The notes beneath the pieces were generated by a model. It ran no database searches and was not told the origin of the DNA. It saw only the letters and a list, made by a program, of their open reading frames with translations. A stretch of DNA of 61,327 bases, counting the filler, from Sphacelaria rigidula (taxonomy: Eukaryota), in NCBI GenBank assembly GCA_964200075.2. It is 10 parts of 10 records of this genome, joined end to end, with 100 filler letters (N's around TTAATTAATTAA, not from the genome) between each part and the next. Parts side by side here need not be neighbours in the genome. Positions count along the whole stretch, not along the records: positions 6,145 to 12,187 come from CAXNAA020022609.1; positions 12,288 to 18,330 come from CAXNAA020022610.1; positions 18,431 to 24,473 come from CAXNAA020022611.1; 7 more parts are not named here. One strand, given 5' to 3'. Within the stretch, counting starts at the first letter, position 1, and each line of letters starts with the position of its first letter. The position numbers were made by a program, and so were the translations under genes. This document shows, one piece after another, positions 11,801 to 24,062 of the stretch.

Positions 11801-12594
11801 CAGGGAGACATCCAACTAGCACATAATGCCATCACCAACTCGAACTCCAAGCATATCGATGCTAGAGATTACTTTATCAGAGAAGTAGTGTGGAGGAAAG
11901 AGATTTCGACTATCCACGTAAGATCGGAATATCAACATGCCGATGTCTTGATAAAGGTGTTACCCACAGAGGTCTTTGGATTTCATCGTAATTATGGAAT
12001 GAGTGTTGTGCGAACTATTGGGGGTATTTGATGATATGAAAAGTTTTTGCATGGAATATGTTCCCGCGAAGGGGGGAGTGATATAGTTTTTTTTGGGGGG
12101 GGCGTACTCATTCGTTGCTTGCATTAGTCGTGTGACCATTGGCCACGCGTCCCTTTCGAGACGGAGCACCGTTCCTACTCCTAACAGNNNNNNNNNNNNN
12201 NNNNNNNNNNNNNNNNNNNNNNNNNNNNNNNTTAATTAATTAANNNNNNNNNNNNNNNNNNNNNNNNNNNNNNNNNNNNNNNNNNNNTGTGTGTTTTTGG
12301 TTGTGCTCTGATTGTGTTAGGCTGTGTGGTAAGCCTTTGCATGTGCCCCTGTCAACCGCACACATATGTTCCCCTTCGAGGTGTCCGGAAATCCCCTTTT
12401 GAAAAGGAGATTTCAGGAAGTATTTTTGCACTTCCTGAAATTTCCTCCGGAGAGGGGATTTCTGTGCACGTTGAGGGGATTTTGTGGGGGGGGCTGGTAT
12501 CGCAGTGACCAATCACCGGTCGTTTTTCAAAAGGGGGATTTTGAAAAAGGGGATTATCCCCTCCGTTAAGAAGGGCCCTTACACCCTTTACGTT

Positions 12595-12761
12595 CACGTT
12601 TCACGTCAAAAGCCGTCGAAGTTAAGCCAGGCTAGTACCACGATGGGGGACGGGGACCACGTGGGGAGCCCTGATTTGACTTGATTTTTGAACAGGGCTC
12701 CCTCCGTGGTCCCCGTCCCCCACCGTAGTACTAGCCTGGCTTAACTTTGACGTGAAACGTG
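12595..12761. repeat. Near-perfect inverted repeat / hairpin MITE-like element
   Basis: AAGTTAAGCCAGGCTAGTACCACGATGGGGGACGGGGACCACG..GGAGCCCTG (to 12673) pairs with 12693-12761, with a loop of about 19 nt. Confidence 0.85.
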
Positions 12762-13163
12762 ACACGACGTGACACGTAAAGAGTGTAACGTGTAGACCCT
12801 TTGAAAAAACAACATTTGCGTGTACGGTAGAGAGGCAGCAGCTGCTGCAGCAATGGTACAGAGACAGTAGAAATGGAAATATACTCGAGACGACGCGACA
12901 TGCGCGGAAGAGCAAAATATGCTCCAAGTGTGCTTACCCTACCAAAACAAAGAAGAGTACATTCGACAGCAGGGTCAACAACCGGTCAGCGGTTCTTCGG
13001 GACTATCTTCCCCATATATGCCCAACATCCACGTGTTGACAAATAAAGGCCTCCTGTGTAGTGAAAAAACAGCTGTTCGGAAACCCGGATGTGGGTCCAT
13101 CTGAGTCCATCTAACGGGCGGGGTTCGCGATCGAAAGGCTGAAACGACGAGGTCAAAACCCAC

Positions 13164-16100
13164 CATGAGAACATTGTAGAGATAGACGAAAGTCATCGGC
13201 CTCCACACCGCCTTCTTTTGCACCAATTCCCACAGCTCGTCGGTGTGCTTCTTCAAGGAATCCTTGACCTTGGGCTGCTCGACCAGGCACGGCATCAGCG
13301 GAAGCACCAAAAACAGCGGGACTAGACCGTTGATCCAGAAGAGAGCAGAGATGGACAGGCCCCAGCCCCAGGTGTCCTTGTTGTACAGCACCGCCCCCCC
13401 CACCGCCCCAAGAGCCGACCCGAAATATCTCGCAATGTACCCGCTAGCCTGGATATTTCCCATCTTCGACATCGACTCCTTTTGCGTCCTGTATGAGGAG
13501 GAGGAGGAAGCCGTGAATCATCCTTCATTGAAACATCGATATGAAGATGAAAATTAAAAATTAAACAAGAAAAAAAGAACATGACCAACAAAAAGGGAGG
13601 AAAATGAAGAACAAGTAATGAATAAACAAGGAAGAGAACAATAAAAGAGGGGGCGACGGGGGGCAAGGCCACGACCGTCAGCACAAGGAATGAGATACAC
13701 TTCACATTATTTCTGTGCCTACTTGCCGCTGCGCCCCGGTGGTCATCCACCAGATTAAGCAGAGTAGTGGATTCGAGTCCCGTCAGCACTCATGGTTGTA
13801 CGGCGACAACATCAACGACGACAAATCTCCGTAGATCTCAAATCTGTACGACGCCAGTATCAACAATGACTCAAGTCTCCGGAAAAGCACACCGTCGACT
13901 GCAAATCTCCGTAGATATCGAAGCTGTACGACGCCAGTATCAACAATGACTCAAGTCTCCGAAAAAGTGCACCATCGACGGCAAATCTCCGTAGATATCA
14001 AATATGTAGGACGACAGGATCACCGGAGACTCATGTCTCCGGAAAAGCGCAAGTCATCCTACTCTCAACTCAGGAAATCCAACCGACGACGACGACGATG
14101 ACGACGATGCTGCAAGTTAACAAAAACAAGGCGGCTACAGTGTGTGACCTCACTAGGCAGACATATATATATATATATATGTATTTGTGTACAAACGTAT
14201 CTCGTTAGATATGACGATACTACCAGTAGGTGACATGCGTGCGTCATCAGCCCATCAGCCGTGGAGATCTCCGTGTTGAAGAGAAGTAACTGAACAACAA
14301 CAAAACCAACCACAACAACAACAATAACTTACTTTTCCACGACGATAGCGTCCGTCATCACGTCGCTGAGCAGGTATCCGCACGCGCTGACGAACGACAG
14401 GATAATTGTCCACTCTGCCCCCGGAGTGACCATCAAGGCCAATACGGCGTTGCTCACGATGTGGACGCACCAGCCAATCAACATGTAGGGTTTCCGCTTA
14501 TAACCGCCGATGGGTACACAGTCCGACAGGAAGCCGTACAAGACCTGTTTGTTTGTTTTTTTCCGTGTATTTTTCGTTTTTATCTTGTTTCGTTGTTCAT
14601 TTATAGTCATCTGTTCCAATATGTGCGTGTGTTGGTGTTTCAAAACCATCGTCCGTGCATATTTTTGTCGGGATTACACGTGCAAAGACGGAATTGAAGG
14701 CGGCGAGAACAGGGAGGACAACATGTCGTTTCGCCTTTCGTGATGTTTTTCGATTTTTGAATCCCTTCGTTTACACCCGTCGTGTGTCCTGGCCGGTTTC
14801 TTGCTGCGTGTATGAGAGAGTTGGAAAAAAAGACGAGGAGAAATTCGATATACCTACGAGCGTGTTCAGCCTAGAGACGGATCTGTAGGCTGCAGGCAGA
14901 TTCTCCCCTTAATTTCGAGGGTCAGACTTCAATTTTTGGTGGAGAGAATCGCAAGGGCATGTAAAAGCAGTAACTTTTCAACCTTGAAAAGTTTCCTGTA
15001 TTTCAGTAGTTGGGGGCAAAAAACAAGCTCCGGCTTTTACAAGAACGCTCGGAACTCCTGAAAAAAAAATCACAAGTTACCAATTTTGTCTTTCATTTTG
15101 TCGTGGCGATTTTCCGTACCATATAATCAAGTGCAACTCTCGACACTGAGGTGAGTATGCCAGATTCACAGGCTGAGCCTACTAGTGGAGCTGTATTTTG
15201 TAGGCCAAAATAGCAGCCTAGTATTGGCACTATTGATTTTAGTTTCTGTGGAGAATCGCAAGAGCGAAATATTTTAGAAAATCCGCGGCATATTGAGGGG
15301 TGTTTTTCCGCATGAGTCAAGATCATTTCAATGTAAGAAGGGTCACTTGTCACGAAAGAGAACGCCAACTCATACAAAAAGTAATCCCAAGGTTTTGAAC
15401 CTTTTGATTTTTTTCTGCTCTTGCGAGAGTCCACGCCACATTTCATAGCAAACCTGTAAAAACTTCAAGACGCGAAACTCAGATTGATTGCATTTACTGC
15501 CTCTGCTCGTGATGTATTGAGTATAGAATATTGTGTGTGCCATACTTTTAGATGGATGACGAATCAGGTGAAGGTGAGGGTGTTGATCGTTTCCCTGTGC
15601 TCCAGAGAATGCTAACACCAAAATTTCATCATCACCCGCGGTACACACGCTCTTTTGTTCCTTTTTCTTTTCAAATCTTCAAGCTTGAATGCAGGTTTAC
15701 CAAAATTACAATTACTTGCTCAAAAATGTGTCTGTTTTACGGGATGTGTATTCTGTTGCCCACTCCCCCCCTTTTTTTTCCATCTTCAACGACAGAAAAG
15801 GTCGCGCTCTCATCATTGAGACAGCCACAATAAATCCTTTGCTACCTTAAAGCTCCAAGGCAAGGTCACCAAAATGACCCACACGGTGTACACTCCACTC
15901 TCCGCTCCCAGATCATCGATGAGATAGTAGGCAACGGGAGTGGCCAGCAGCTCTAGAGCAACCCCGACGGAGAAATACGACATGAGGATCGCGAGCGACT
16001 GAATGTTGTAAATGTCTAGCTTTTCTTCCTCGTTGGACTTTCGCTTCCGCCACCGTAGCCACCTGCCGAAAAAAACATGTGGAAGGAGAAAAAAAAAAAT

Positions 16101-16265
16101 GAAGGAAAAAAAAGAAGGAGAACAACGATTTTTCCACCAGCATATCAAAATGAAAAAAATTGACACGCTATGGGGAGGCAGGGGAGGGGTAATCCAAGTC
16201 AATGCTCGGTACCAGCGCGCAACGCAGGAGGTGGTGTAGGTACGAGGATGCCATTTGAGATCGTC
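13164..16265 (-). CDS. BT1 / folate-biopterin transporter family (MFS) gene, partial. Exons 16265-16213, 16062-15846, 14544-14333, 13488-13164
   Basis: GT-AG introns with matching phases give ..SYFSVGVALELLATPVAYYL..TLPWSFK|VLYGFLSDCVPIGGYKRKPYMLIGW..LSDVMTDAIVVEK|TQKES..GNIQASGYIARYFG..AVWRPMTFVYLYNVLM. The LPWxxKxxYGxLSDxxPIxGYxRKPY pattern is typical of BT1/FBT. The 5' and 3' exons were not found. Confidence 0.9.
13822..14050. repeat. Intronic tandem repeat, 80-bp unit x about 3
   Basis: CAAATCTCCGTAGAT recurs at 13822, 13902 and 13982. Confidence 0.9.
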
Positions 16266-16931
16266 CTGTCGAGACCCTGGGCTCGTACCGAGCGAGAAGA
16301 GGTAGAGGGATGCGCGCGGGGGGAGGGGGGGTGGGGTGGGGGTTGAAAGTACTATTCCGTGGTGCGCTGGGCTGCTCCCTTTTCTTTCGTTAGACTGAAT
16401 AATCGGGGTCGTGCGACACTGGCGGCATGGTAAAAGCTCAAACGCAGATTCAACTTTTGTTTTATCGAAATTATGCACACGTCGGACGGATCAGCTCGTG
16501 ACAGATCCGGGTCAGCTCATTGGGGGCATAGATCATGATCCGTCCGAGGTGAGCTGCCACCCCTGCACGTTTGTCCGATGCTGATCCGTAGGACCCACTT
16601 GACCCGTACATATTTACCGAGCGACGACCTGTTAGACCTGCTTCACAGACACACTTTCGTGTACAACTGATCTGCAGACCCGTGTCATCTGTACAACACC
16701 ACATGGTTGTGATTTTTATCACTCGGGTCAGGCAAGCGCAGTAGCTTGTCGTCGACCCGCGCGATCTCAATTTCATGTATACCAAAAGCTATTCCTCATC
16801 TGTGGAATCCGTATCTAGCATACAAAAAACATTCCCCGCACTCGTAAGATCCGGATCAAGTATGCAAGAAAACCGAATGAAGCCTTCTCACCTGTTAACC
16901 TGTATGGCCCGGGTACAATGCATGTTCATGG

Positions 16932-17330
16932 AACATGAAGTACGTGTATTTTATTCCAAGTGGTTCCACGGTGGGGGTGCATATTTTTTCCCAAGGTGTG
17001 CACTGTACCCGCATCCGAATGAAAATGTATACAATAAACAGTATTCAGTATTCCTCATCTGCCAACCTGACCCGCGTACAACGTGCATGTTCACTAGTCC
17101 GTTTGTTGGCTGTAGAAACTCGGGCATATGAAACATGAAGTACGTATACTTTAATCCGAGTGGTTCCACAGTAGGGCTGCATATTTTCCCCGTAGATGCG
17201 CACTGTCGACGCATCCGAATGAAATATACAATAAACAATAGTTAGTATTCCTCACCTCCCAACCCGCATGACCCTGGTACAATGTGCATGTTCACAAGCC
17301 CGTATGTTGACTGGTGACTGTAGCAGCTAC
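16932..17330. repeat. Diverged tandem duplication, about 200-bp unit x2
   Basis: AACATGAAGTACGT..AGTGGTTCCAC..CGCATCCGAATGAAA..TATACAATAAACA..GTGCATGTTCAC occurs at about 16932 and about 17132. Confidence 0.85.
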
Positions 17331-17664
17331 ACGAAGTACGTCTATTATATTTATTGGTGCTTATTCTAAGATGTTTTATTATCGAGGTGTGCACTGCCGG
17401 CGTTGGAGCACGAGTATCTCCCGCAAGTCTGCTCGACGATCGATCGTATGACCTCTGAGATCTGAAATTGATCTGTATCCGTATGACCCGTTTAATCTAT
17501 ATACATTCCTCGTGTGGTAACCTACAGAACCCGGTTGTTCTGCACATGGCGAGATGACTGATCTGTATGACCCGTGTGATTCGTACACATCTGCCTGATA
17601 ATGATCTGTATGACCCCAGAATCCGTACATCCCCTCCTTGGAGACACCCTTGTAATCCGAATCA

Positions 17665-17917
17665 GAGTGATGCTATGGTAGGGGTGCACTTTTTGAGCGA
17701 AAATGTTTCTCGGGGTGTTGCACGGATCATTTTGAGAATCGGTATCATTTTCACTTGAAAAAGACTGAAAATGATGCCAAATCACGAAAAGGCCCCTGTG
17801 TGTATTTCCATGTCCTGTCCCCGGAGATTTGGTTTGCACAGTAAGCCCCATATATTTGGGCTCCTACAGAAACGAGGCCCAGAAACAAAAAGTGCAACCC
17901 CTATCGTAGCACTGTTC
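17665..17917. mobile_element. MITE with the same TIR family as 11561-11800; TSD ATCA
   Basis: GAGTGATGCTATGGTAGGGGTGCAC ... GTGCAACCCCTATCGTAGCACTGTTC, flanked by ATCA at 17661-17664 and 17918-17921. Confidence 0.85.
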
Positions 17918-19645
17918 ATCAGGTGTATACTAAACGTCAAGAAGAACCTGTGTATCCTCATGACCCATGCAAGATACCTCTCTCCTGATCGATGACACCC
18001 GAAACATAAGGACCGTTTCGTAACTAGATGCACTCTTTCATCCGAATCGGGTACACAGGTGTGTTCCCACTCGAGCTGTATGACCCGCGTCCTGTAAAAA
18101 AAAGTGATCCATCCGACGTGCGAAAATATGTACACAAATATTGTGATATTTTTTCTTGTCGCAAATGCTGTGTGTGGTACTTCTCATTTGTCGGACAAAA
18201 CCTCTGCATACGATTACTTTCTTCTACACACCCCTTTATCCTCCGTCTATTCCACCTACCCCCCCCCCCCCCCCCCCCACACTCACCCATTCCACACACA
18301 CTCTGTCCCTTTGGGAGGAAATGTCGGAAGNNNNNNNNNNNNNNNNNNNNNNNNNNNNNNNNNNNNNNNNNNNNTTAATTAATTAANNNNNNNNNNNNNN
18401 NNNNNNNNNNNNNNNNNNNNNNNNNNNNNNGCCGTGGCTTACCACTAGTCGTGATATTAATTACCTCTATAGTGTCCCCCGACATCTGCACTACAGACTT
18501 GACCGCACATTGTTCAATTTTTTTCCAGTACAACCGCTCTACTACGGTATGCAGTTGACACGGGACTGCCAGCCGAGGGCTATATTACAGGGGAGAATCT
18601 TGTCGCTCAAAGGGTCAAGCACGACGCCTATGGGATTCTTCACAAACATGTAGGTGGTGGCGGCGAAGGGATGCCAAGAAAAACAGCAGTAGGCCAGAAA
18701 TGTGAAGACGAAAGCCCGGTGGAAATAACCAAGGAACTACTACTCTGAGTGCATCTTGTTTGCAACCCCCTGAGTGCAGTGCATATATTATTGCTGATCC
18801 ATAAAATATTTGACCTGACAATATTTCGACCAACGCCGTGCATGGAGGGGGAGGAACTGGGTTTTTGTGTGTTTCTAACCCTGACCCTAGCCCTAACCCT
18901 AGTGTATATTTATAGCCACGACAAATCACGCGGGTACAGCATGGATCAATGATCAGCAGTGTACGTCTTTGCATATCGCTTGCGTGGTATGTGTTCGACC
19001 GAGGGTTGATCACAACCTGTCAATACTCGCGAAGGGCTATTCATAGTCACCCACCGACGACCCAACTACGCGGGAAAACGATAGCAGCAAAAAAACAGTT
19101 CAATTTGTTTTTCCACGCATAAACACGGCACGCACTCAACATTCATGACATATAACATGGACCTATATTAACACATGGACTATAACCACTACATAGTAAA
19201 ATGCCATACACGCAATTGTTACATCCTCATTCAGTTCCACCACCTCAGCACTCGAACCAAGATTGGACGCGGGTAAAAGTTCTATAGGCAAACTACACTC
19301 GAGACACCACCATCGTATATATGCATACCAGCGTAAAGTAGTGCACATCATGTGCACTCACTTACTCGTTAAACTTTTCACATAGATAAAAGCCGACAAC
19401 TTTGCTAAGGCAGACCTAACCGGAACACTGTTGAAAATATTCCTGGGCCCTGCCTTCTAAACATTCGAAGTACTCGAAAACCTCATTCATTCGGACGCAA
19501 GCGAATTTGAGCGATCATGCACAGCCGATATCTCATCTAGACTTGGCCAACCGATCACTGTTTGCCACAACCATTTTGAGCAAATGGCAATGTCAAATAA
19601 ACTGCTCCACGACAAATCAGAATCATTTCATCAATTGCATGTGCC

Positions 19646-19762
19646 CTATTGTACGCACTGCGAGTACCAATAATTCTTGTACTCGCACTCGAAATCATCT
19701 TCACAGCAGTCCGGACCGGCATATCCGACACCACCGCATTTGCCATATTTTTCCACACAGTT
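19646..19762 (-). other. CBM1 (fungal-type cellulose-binding module) in the last exon of the LPMO-like gene
   Basis: C-x3-YGKCGG-x-GY-x-GP-x2-C-x5-C-x3-N-x-WYSQC matches the CBM1 pattern (QCGGxGW/YxGxxxC..C...NxYYSQC). Confidence 0.9.
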
Positions 19763-22700
19763 GCTACCTTCGACAGCCACGACAGGGCTTGGGGTACTCT
19801 CGACAGCCGCGACAGGGCTCGGGTTGCTCTCGATGGGGCCGACGGTCACCTCAATCGTCTCTTGAAACAGTTGTCCGGAAGCGTAATCTTTGTCACCTTG
19901 AGAGTATGTTCATCAGCAGAGGAGCGAGGACGAAAGTTCTTGTTATGCGCATGCCTGACACCCAAGCACAGAAACCAAGATGAGAGATTCGACATGTTGA
20001 CTACTTCTGCTCGAGCTGCTTCTTCTAGATATGCGAAGACTTGCATCGGATTCGTCAGCATCTTTCGTCTAAATTCCAGCATACTCGGAAAATTGACTGC
20101 CGAAGGAAACGAACATTTCAAGCATTACAGTCAGCATTCATTACATAGACGGTGACCCCGTCTTCCATCATGATTCAAGACTCATAATAGTACAGGCGGA
20201 ACAGTTTCCGCAGCCCATGTTTTCCTCTTCCACATGGTTGATAGGATGTTGCATATATTAGACCATTTGCAGGGTGTACTCGTACAAGACTCGTACATCG
20301 GAACAGCAGGCTACAATAGCCCCTTCTCTATGAGGCACGGTGCAGTATCTCGCGACATGTGGTTCGGGCATTTGCTGGGTTGGAGTCAAGCTCATTCGAC
20401 AGCAGCACATGTTTTCGATTGGACAGTGAAAAACTGGTTATTCGTGTCACGTGTTGACTCCTCATCTATGTATGAGTCTGCCTCCGAGGCGCTACTTACT
20501 GGAGACGATTTCGATATCCGCGCAGTTCCAGAATTCTTCGGGGTACAGTCCATCCTCGCACAGCTCGGGGCCCAAGTCAAACCACGCCTCTTTGTTGTCA
20601 GCACAGCCGGACGGCCACGAGGGGGGATTGAACTCACGGTATCCCGGATATGTGCACACGTGCGAGGTATCTGAAATGGAAATTTGGTGCATCGTGTGGG
20701 CAGGGGGGCGGCAGACGGGGGATGTGAGATGTGCACATTTTACTTCGTGTGTTAAGGCAGGCTTAGCTCCAACTGCTGGAAATATCCTACTGCGACATAA
20801 CCTGATTGGTTTGTCGATTCTTTGTAGCTCATTGGCTGATCTGCTACAAACTCCAGCCCTGGTCGCACGATACACGTTTCCAAAACGGTTTTCACAGAGT
20901 CATCGGGTGATTGATAACTCAAGGGAGAAGATGATCGAGAAATATACAAACAAGGGTGATTCACCTGAGATTAACCTTAACCCAGTTCAACTCACAGTGC
21001 ACCATCTGCAAGATGCATCGATCGCACGTCAGGCCCTCGGGAAGCTGGTAGCGCATCGTGTTGACCTGACCCGGATCGGCGCCTGCAGGCTTCGTCTGAT
21101 CCGTTTCATCCTCCCGGCAAGGGGGGTCTACGTAGTAGCGACCCGGGTAGTCTAGATCAAGGGGACTCGCATCACCGTCATCACTGGCGCGATCAAGAGG
21201 GTACTCATGGAAGCATTCCTGATTTACGACGCCGTCGGGGCCGTTAGATTGATTCTCTGCGTCGCAGATGAAGAACTCCATGTGGCCCTGCTCAGCCATG
21301 CGTGCAGGATAAAGGTGGATCGTCGGGAACATGCATTGTCCAGTGTCTGAGTTCCGCAGTCTCCCGTTTTAACACCGATTGAGCGGGCTGTAGAGGAGAT
21401 GGGGGGAGTCTCTAATATCAGGGTGTTCGACAGAGCTGTTCGGACAGGGAGACGAGTGCAGACGCGAATGTGGGGCGACATAGTATAATACTAAGAATGA
21501 TGCATCTACAGTTACCATGTGCGCGAAGCAGGAGTAGCGGGCATTTCTGTCGTGTTGACGCTGAACCACCAAATACAGCAGATTGATGCACTAAGCACGG
21601 GCCGTCTAGGATGTGGATATCGCAAATGGGCGTTTATGTCCCCATGAACATCTATACCCCAGATGGATGCACGATAATGCAGGGTTACATGCCAACGGTG
21701 CCAAGATACTGTGAAACGGGGGATAGGACGACCAGCGTTAGTAGCTCCATGTGTAGTCCCAAGGGTTCCTTTACCGAGTGCCTCCTTTTCTTCACCTTTA
21801 GGTATACGACCCGTATACGTCGTCTACCGTGCGGCAATGGTTCGATTCGTAGCATATACGCCTATGTTCATGTGCGACAATAAAGTCAACAAAAAAAAAA
21901 CGTCTAGACGTAACCCAAGCTGTATTTCCCCTTCTCCACGGCAGGGGTCTGTCGGGAGAAGATTTTTCTTTGTTGAATATATTGTTAAGAAATTGATCAA
22001 GAACAGTGACAAAAGTCGAAACGTCTGGTGGGCTTTGCGAGGCTCGTATATTCGCTCTTCCTCCTTGCTCGCTCTGTCTCGATGACCCCCGATGCCGGCC
22101 CCGCTCACACACTTGTATGCACACGAGCGCACGGTAGCGACAGCCTACAGCCAAAGTAGCAACATTATCTCACGCCTCGCCAAACTTGCCCGGACTACTG
22201 CTTGGTAATCGAGGCACACGACACGGAACATGATCCCATAAATGTAAAATCATGGTAGCTGAGCTTGGGGAGGGCGGCGTGTCCGCCATCTCATCAGCCT
22301 CCATGTCAAGGATATCTGGACAGCGGGCTGGGTCCCCCCCTCCCACCACCACCACCACCTCAACAACTCATTTGTTCGATTTTGAAGCCCATTCTTCGAC
22401 AAGGCCCCTGTCCACGGCATCATTTCGATTTAATAGAATCCTATCCATGGCATCAATTTCCGATTTTTGCTTGCTCACCCCATGAAACGTGTCCACGGTG
22501 ACCTTTATCTCGATGATCTGGCCCTCCACGTACGAGTCGTGGACGAGGTAGTTTGCGTTCGCCTGGCTATAAAGATTGGTGTTTTCATCCTCTTCCTGCA
22601 CGAAAAAGGGAACAGCGGGTAGGAGGTTGAGATGAAGAAGATGGAATGCCGAGGATACATGCCAAGTGAACAATTAGTGAAAGGTCAAATCAGATATTGA

Positions 22701-24062
22701 AGTAGTTTTTACGTTTTTACCCACTGTGGTGTGCACACAGCGTCGATACTCCACATTTATCTCCTGCGCTGCACTGCACCAAGCAGTGTGTGTTGCTATA
22801 ATTGGGGGTAATGACAATATTTGGCGTCCGCACTGCTGCCATGGCGCTGTGTTATGGGATGTGAAATGTAGTATGTGGGCTGAAACTGTGTCATTATGTC
22901 ATGGCAGATGCTGTACTCACGTTTTCTGGTGGGAAAACGGGGAATAGCGCAGGGAACGTGTTCAGCCACCCTCACCATTTTGAACGGGCCCGAGACATCC
23001 CGGCAATGATGGTGTGTGAATCAAGCACCAGGGTTTCTCTGCAAAGGATTATAGTAATGTCATGCGATGTCTCGACAGCAATCGAAAACATTTGGTGACC
23101 GCTGCGACATGATCTTTCTCGTGGCAAGTGCCTGACCGTAGCGGAACATACTATTGATTGCACCCACTTCAACATTATCGGAGAAATATCTTGTGTGTCT
23201 ACGAGAAACGTTTTGTATATCGCGCACCTGACCGGGGTCGCCACAAACTCCGTGGCGTACAGCGATCTCATCCGGCTCGAGAAAGTTACCGTTGTCCGCT
23301 AGAAGATCACTGTGCCCCATTCACATTTGTCAAATACACGTTTGGATGCAAAGCAGATTTAGCTGGAGTCCGTACGCGCGTGACGGTGGGAATTACGGTT
23401 CAAGGCAGTCTCGCCCCTCACTCAAAGCGAAGTACATACCCCCCCCCAGCGGTCGGCGGGGTTTTTGTGCACCGTCAGGAAGAAAATCTCTGTTCGGTAC
23501 GTTCATCCGCCGTCAGGATGTCTTCCTTCAGCGTGCTTTGGCTTCCAGTGGCGCAGAGAACCCTGTTCAACGTGGTGCTTACTGGTCTCTCTTCTCAAAC
23601 TGATCATGAAAAGGTTAGGATGTAACCAGGAGAAACAGCGACCGGTAATAATCACATGAAGTGGTCCATTGCCTTACAAAGCACTGACATGGACTGCTTA
23701 TTGGAGAGGGTGGAACAGATAATGTGGGTTGTCGCCTAGGAACTTCAAGTGCTTGAGTACGCCGCTCGAAATACCCGTAAATGTAGTCAAAGTTGGAGCG
23801 CAACGATTGACACATCTCGGGTATCAAGGCACAGGCAACCCACGAGGCGCAACACACCTTATGCATGCTACACAGAATATCAGCGAAACACGTGGCATAC
23901 ACAACACCAACTCACTTGTTGTATGCGGTCATACCAGGCCACTCCCCGCCGCCCCACGCGTTGAGGACTGCAGCTTCTGTGTTCTTGATGGCCCGTTTCG
24001 GTACATCTTCATTACCCTTTGCCTGCAAACAGTGCGGGCAGTACTCGATATCTTCGAAGGTA
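19646..24062 (-). CDS. Lytic polysaccharide monooxygenase-like protein (AA15/AA10-type) with C-terminal CBM1, 5'-partial. Exons 24062-23916, 23309-23228, 22595-22479, 21287-20996, 20670-20500, 19860-19646
   Basis: Six exons splice in phase with no internal stop: EYCPHCLQAKG..RHGVCGDP..YVEGQIIEIKVTVDTFHG|GHMEFFICD..QECF..YQLPEGLTCDRCILQMVH|YTSH..PEEFWNCADIEI, then a P/S/E/V linker and CVEKYGKCGGVGYAGPDCCEDDFECEYKNYWYSQCVQ*. The signal peptide and His1 exon were not seen (the contig ends). Confidence 0.85.

Larger units (their letters stand above)
8290..12080 (+). mobile_element. Ty1/Copia LTR retrotransposon pol (GAG-pre-integrase, integrase, RT, RNase H), degenerate and 5'-truncated
   Basis: Motifs in Copia order INT-RT-RH: HANE..LTGKLEPCEGC; DNGGEF..TAPDTPKQNAVA; KSRLIARG; KLNKSLYGLRQASRQW; VVHVDDIF; RSVSGG..WFSKTQKCVALSTSEAEYVAM; SKHIDARDYFIRE; HADVLIK. 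Many stops and frameshifts. A polypurine tract GAAGGGGGGAG (12068-12078) is followed by TG. Confidence 0.95.

Noticed and set aside
13822..14050. 80-bp (and 46765-47025, about 60-bp) repeats as CRISPR-like arrays
   Set aside because: Whole units are repeated with no unique spacers, and the context is eukaryotic with no cas genes.
14225..14289. Extra BT1 exon
   Set aside because: Including it introduces an in-frame stop, while exons 14333 and 13488 already join in phase.
18876..18903. Telomere (CCCTAA-like units)
   Set aside because: Only about four degenerate internal units, so not a chromosome end.
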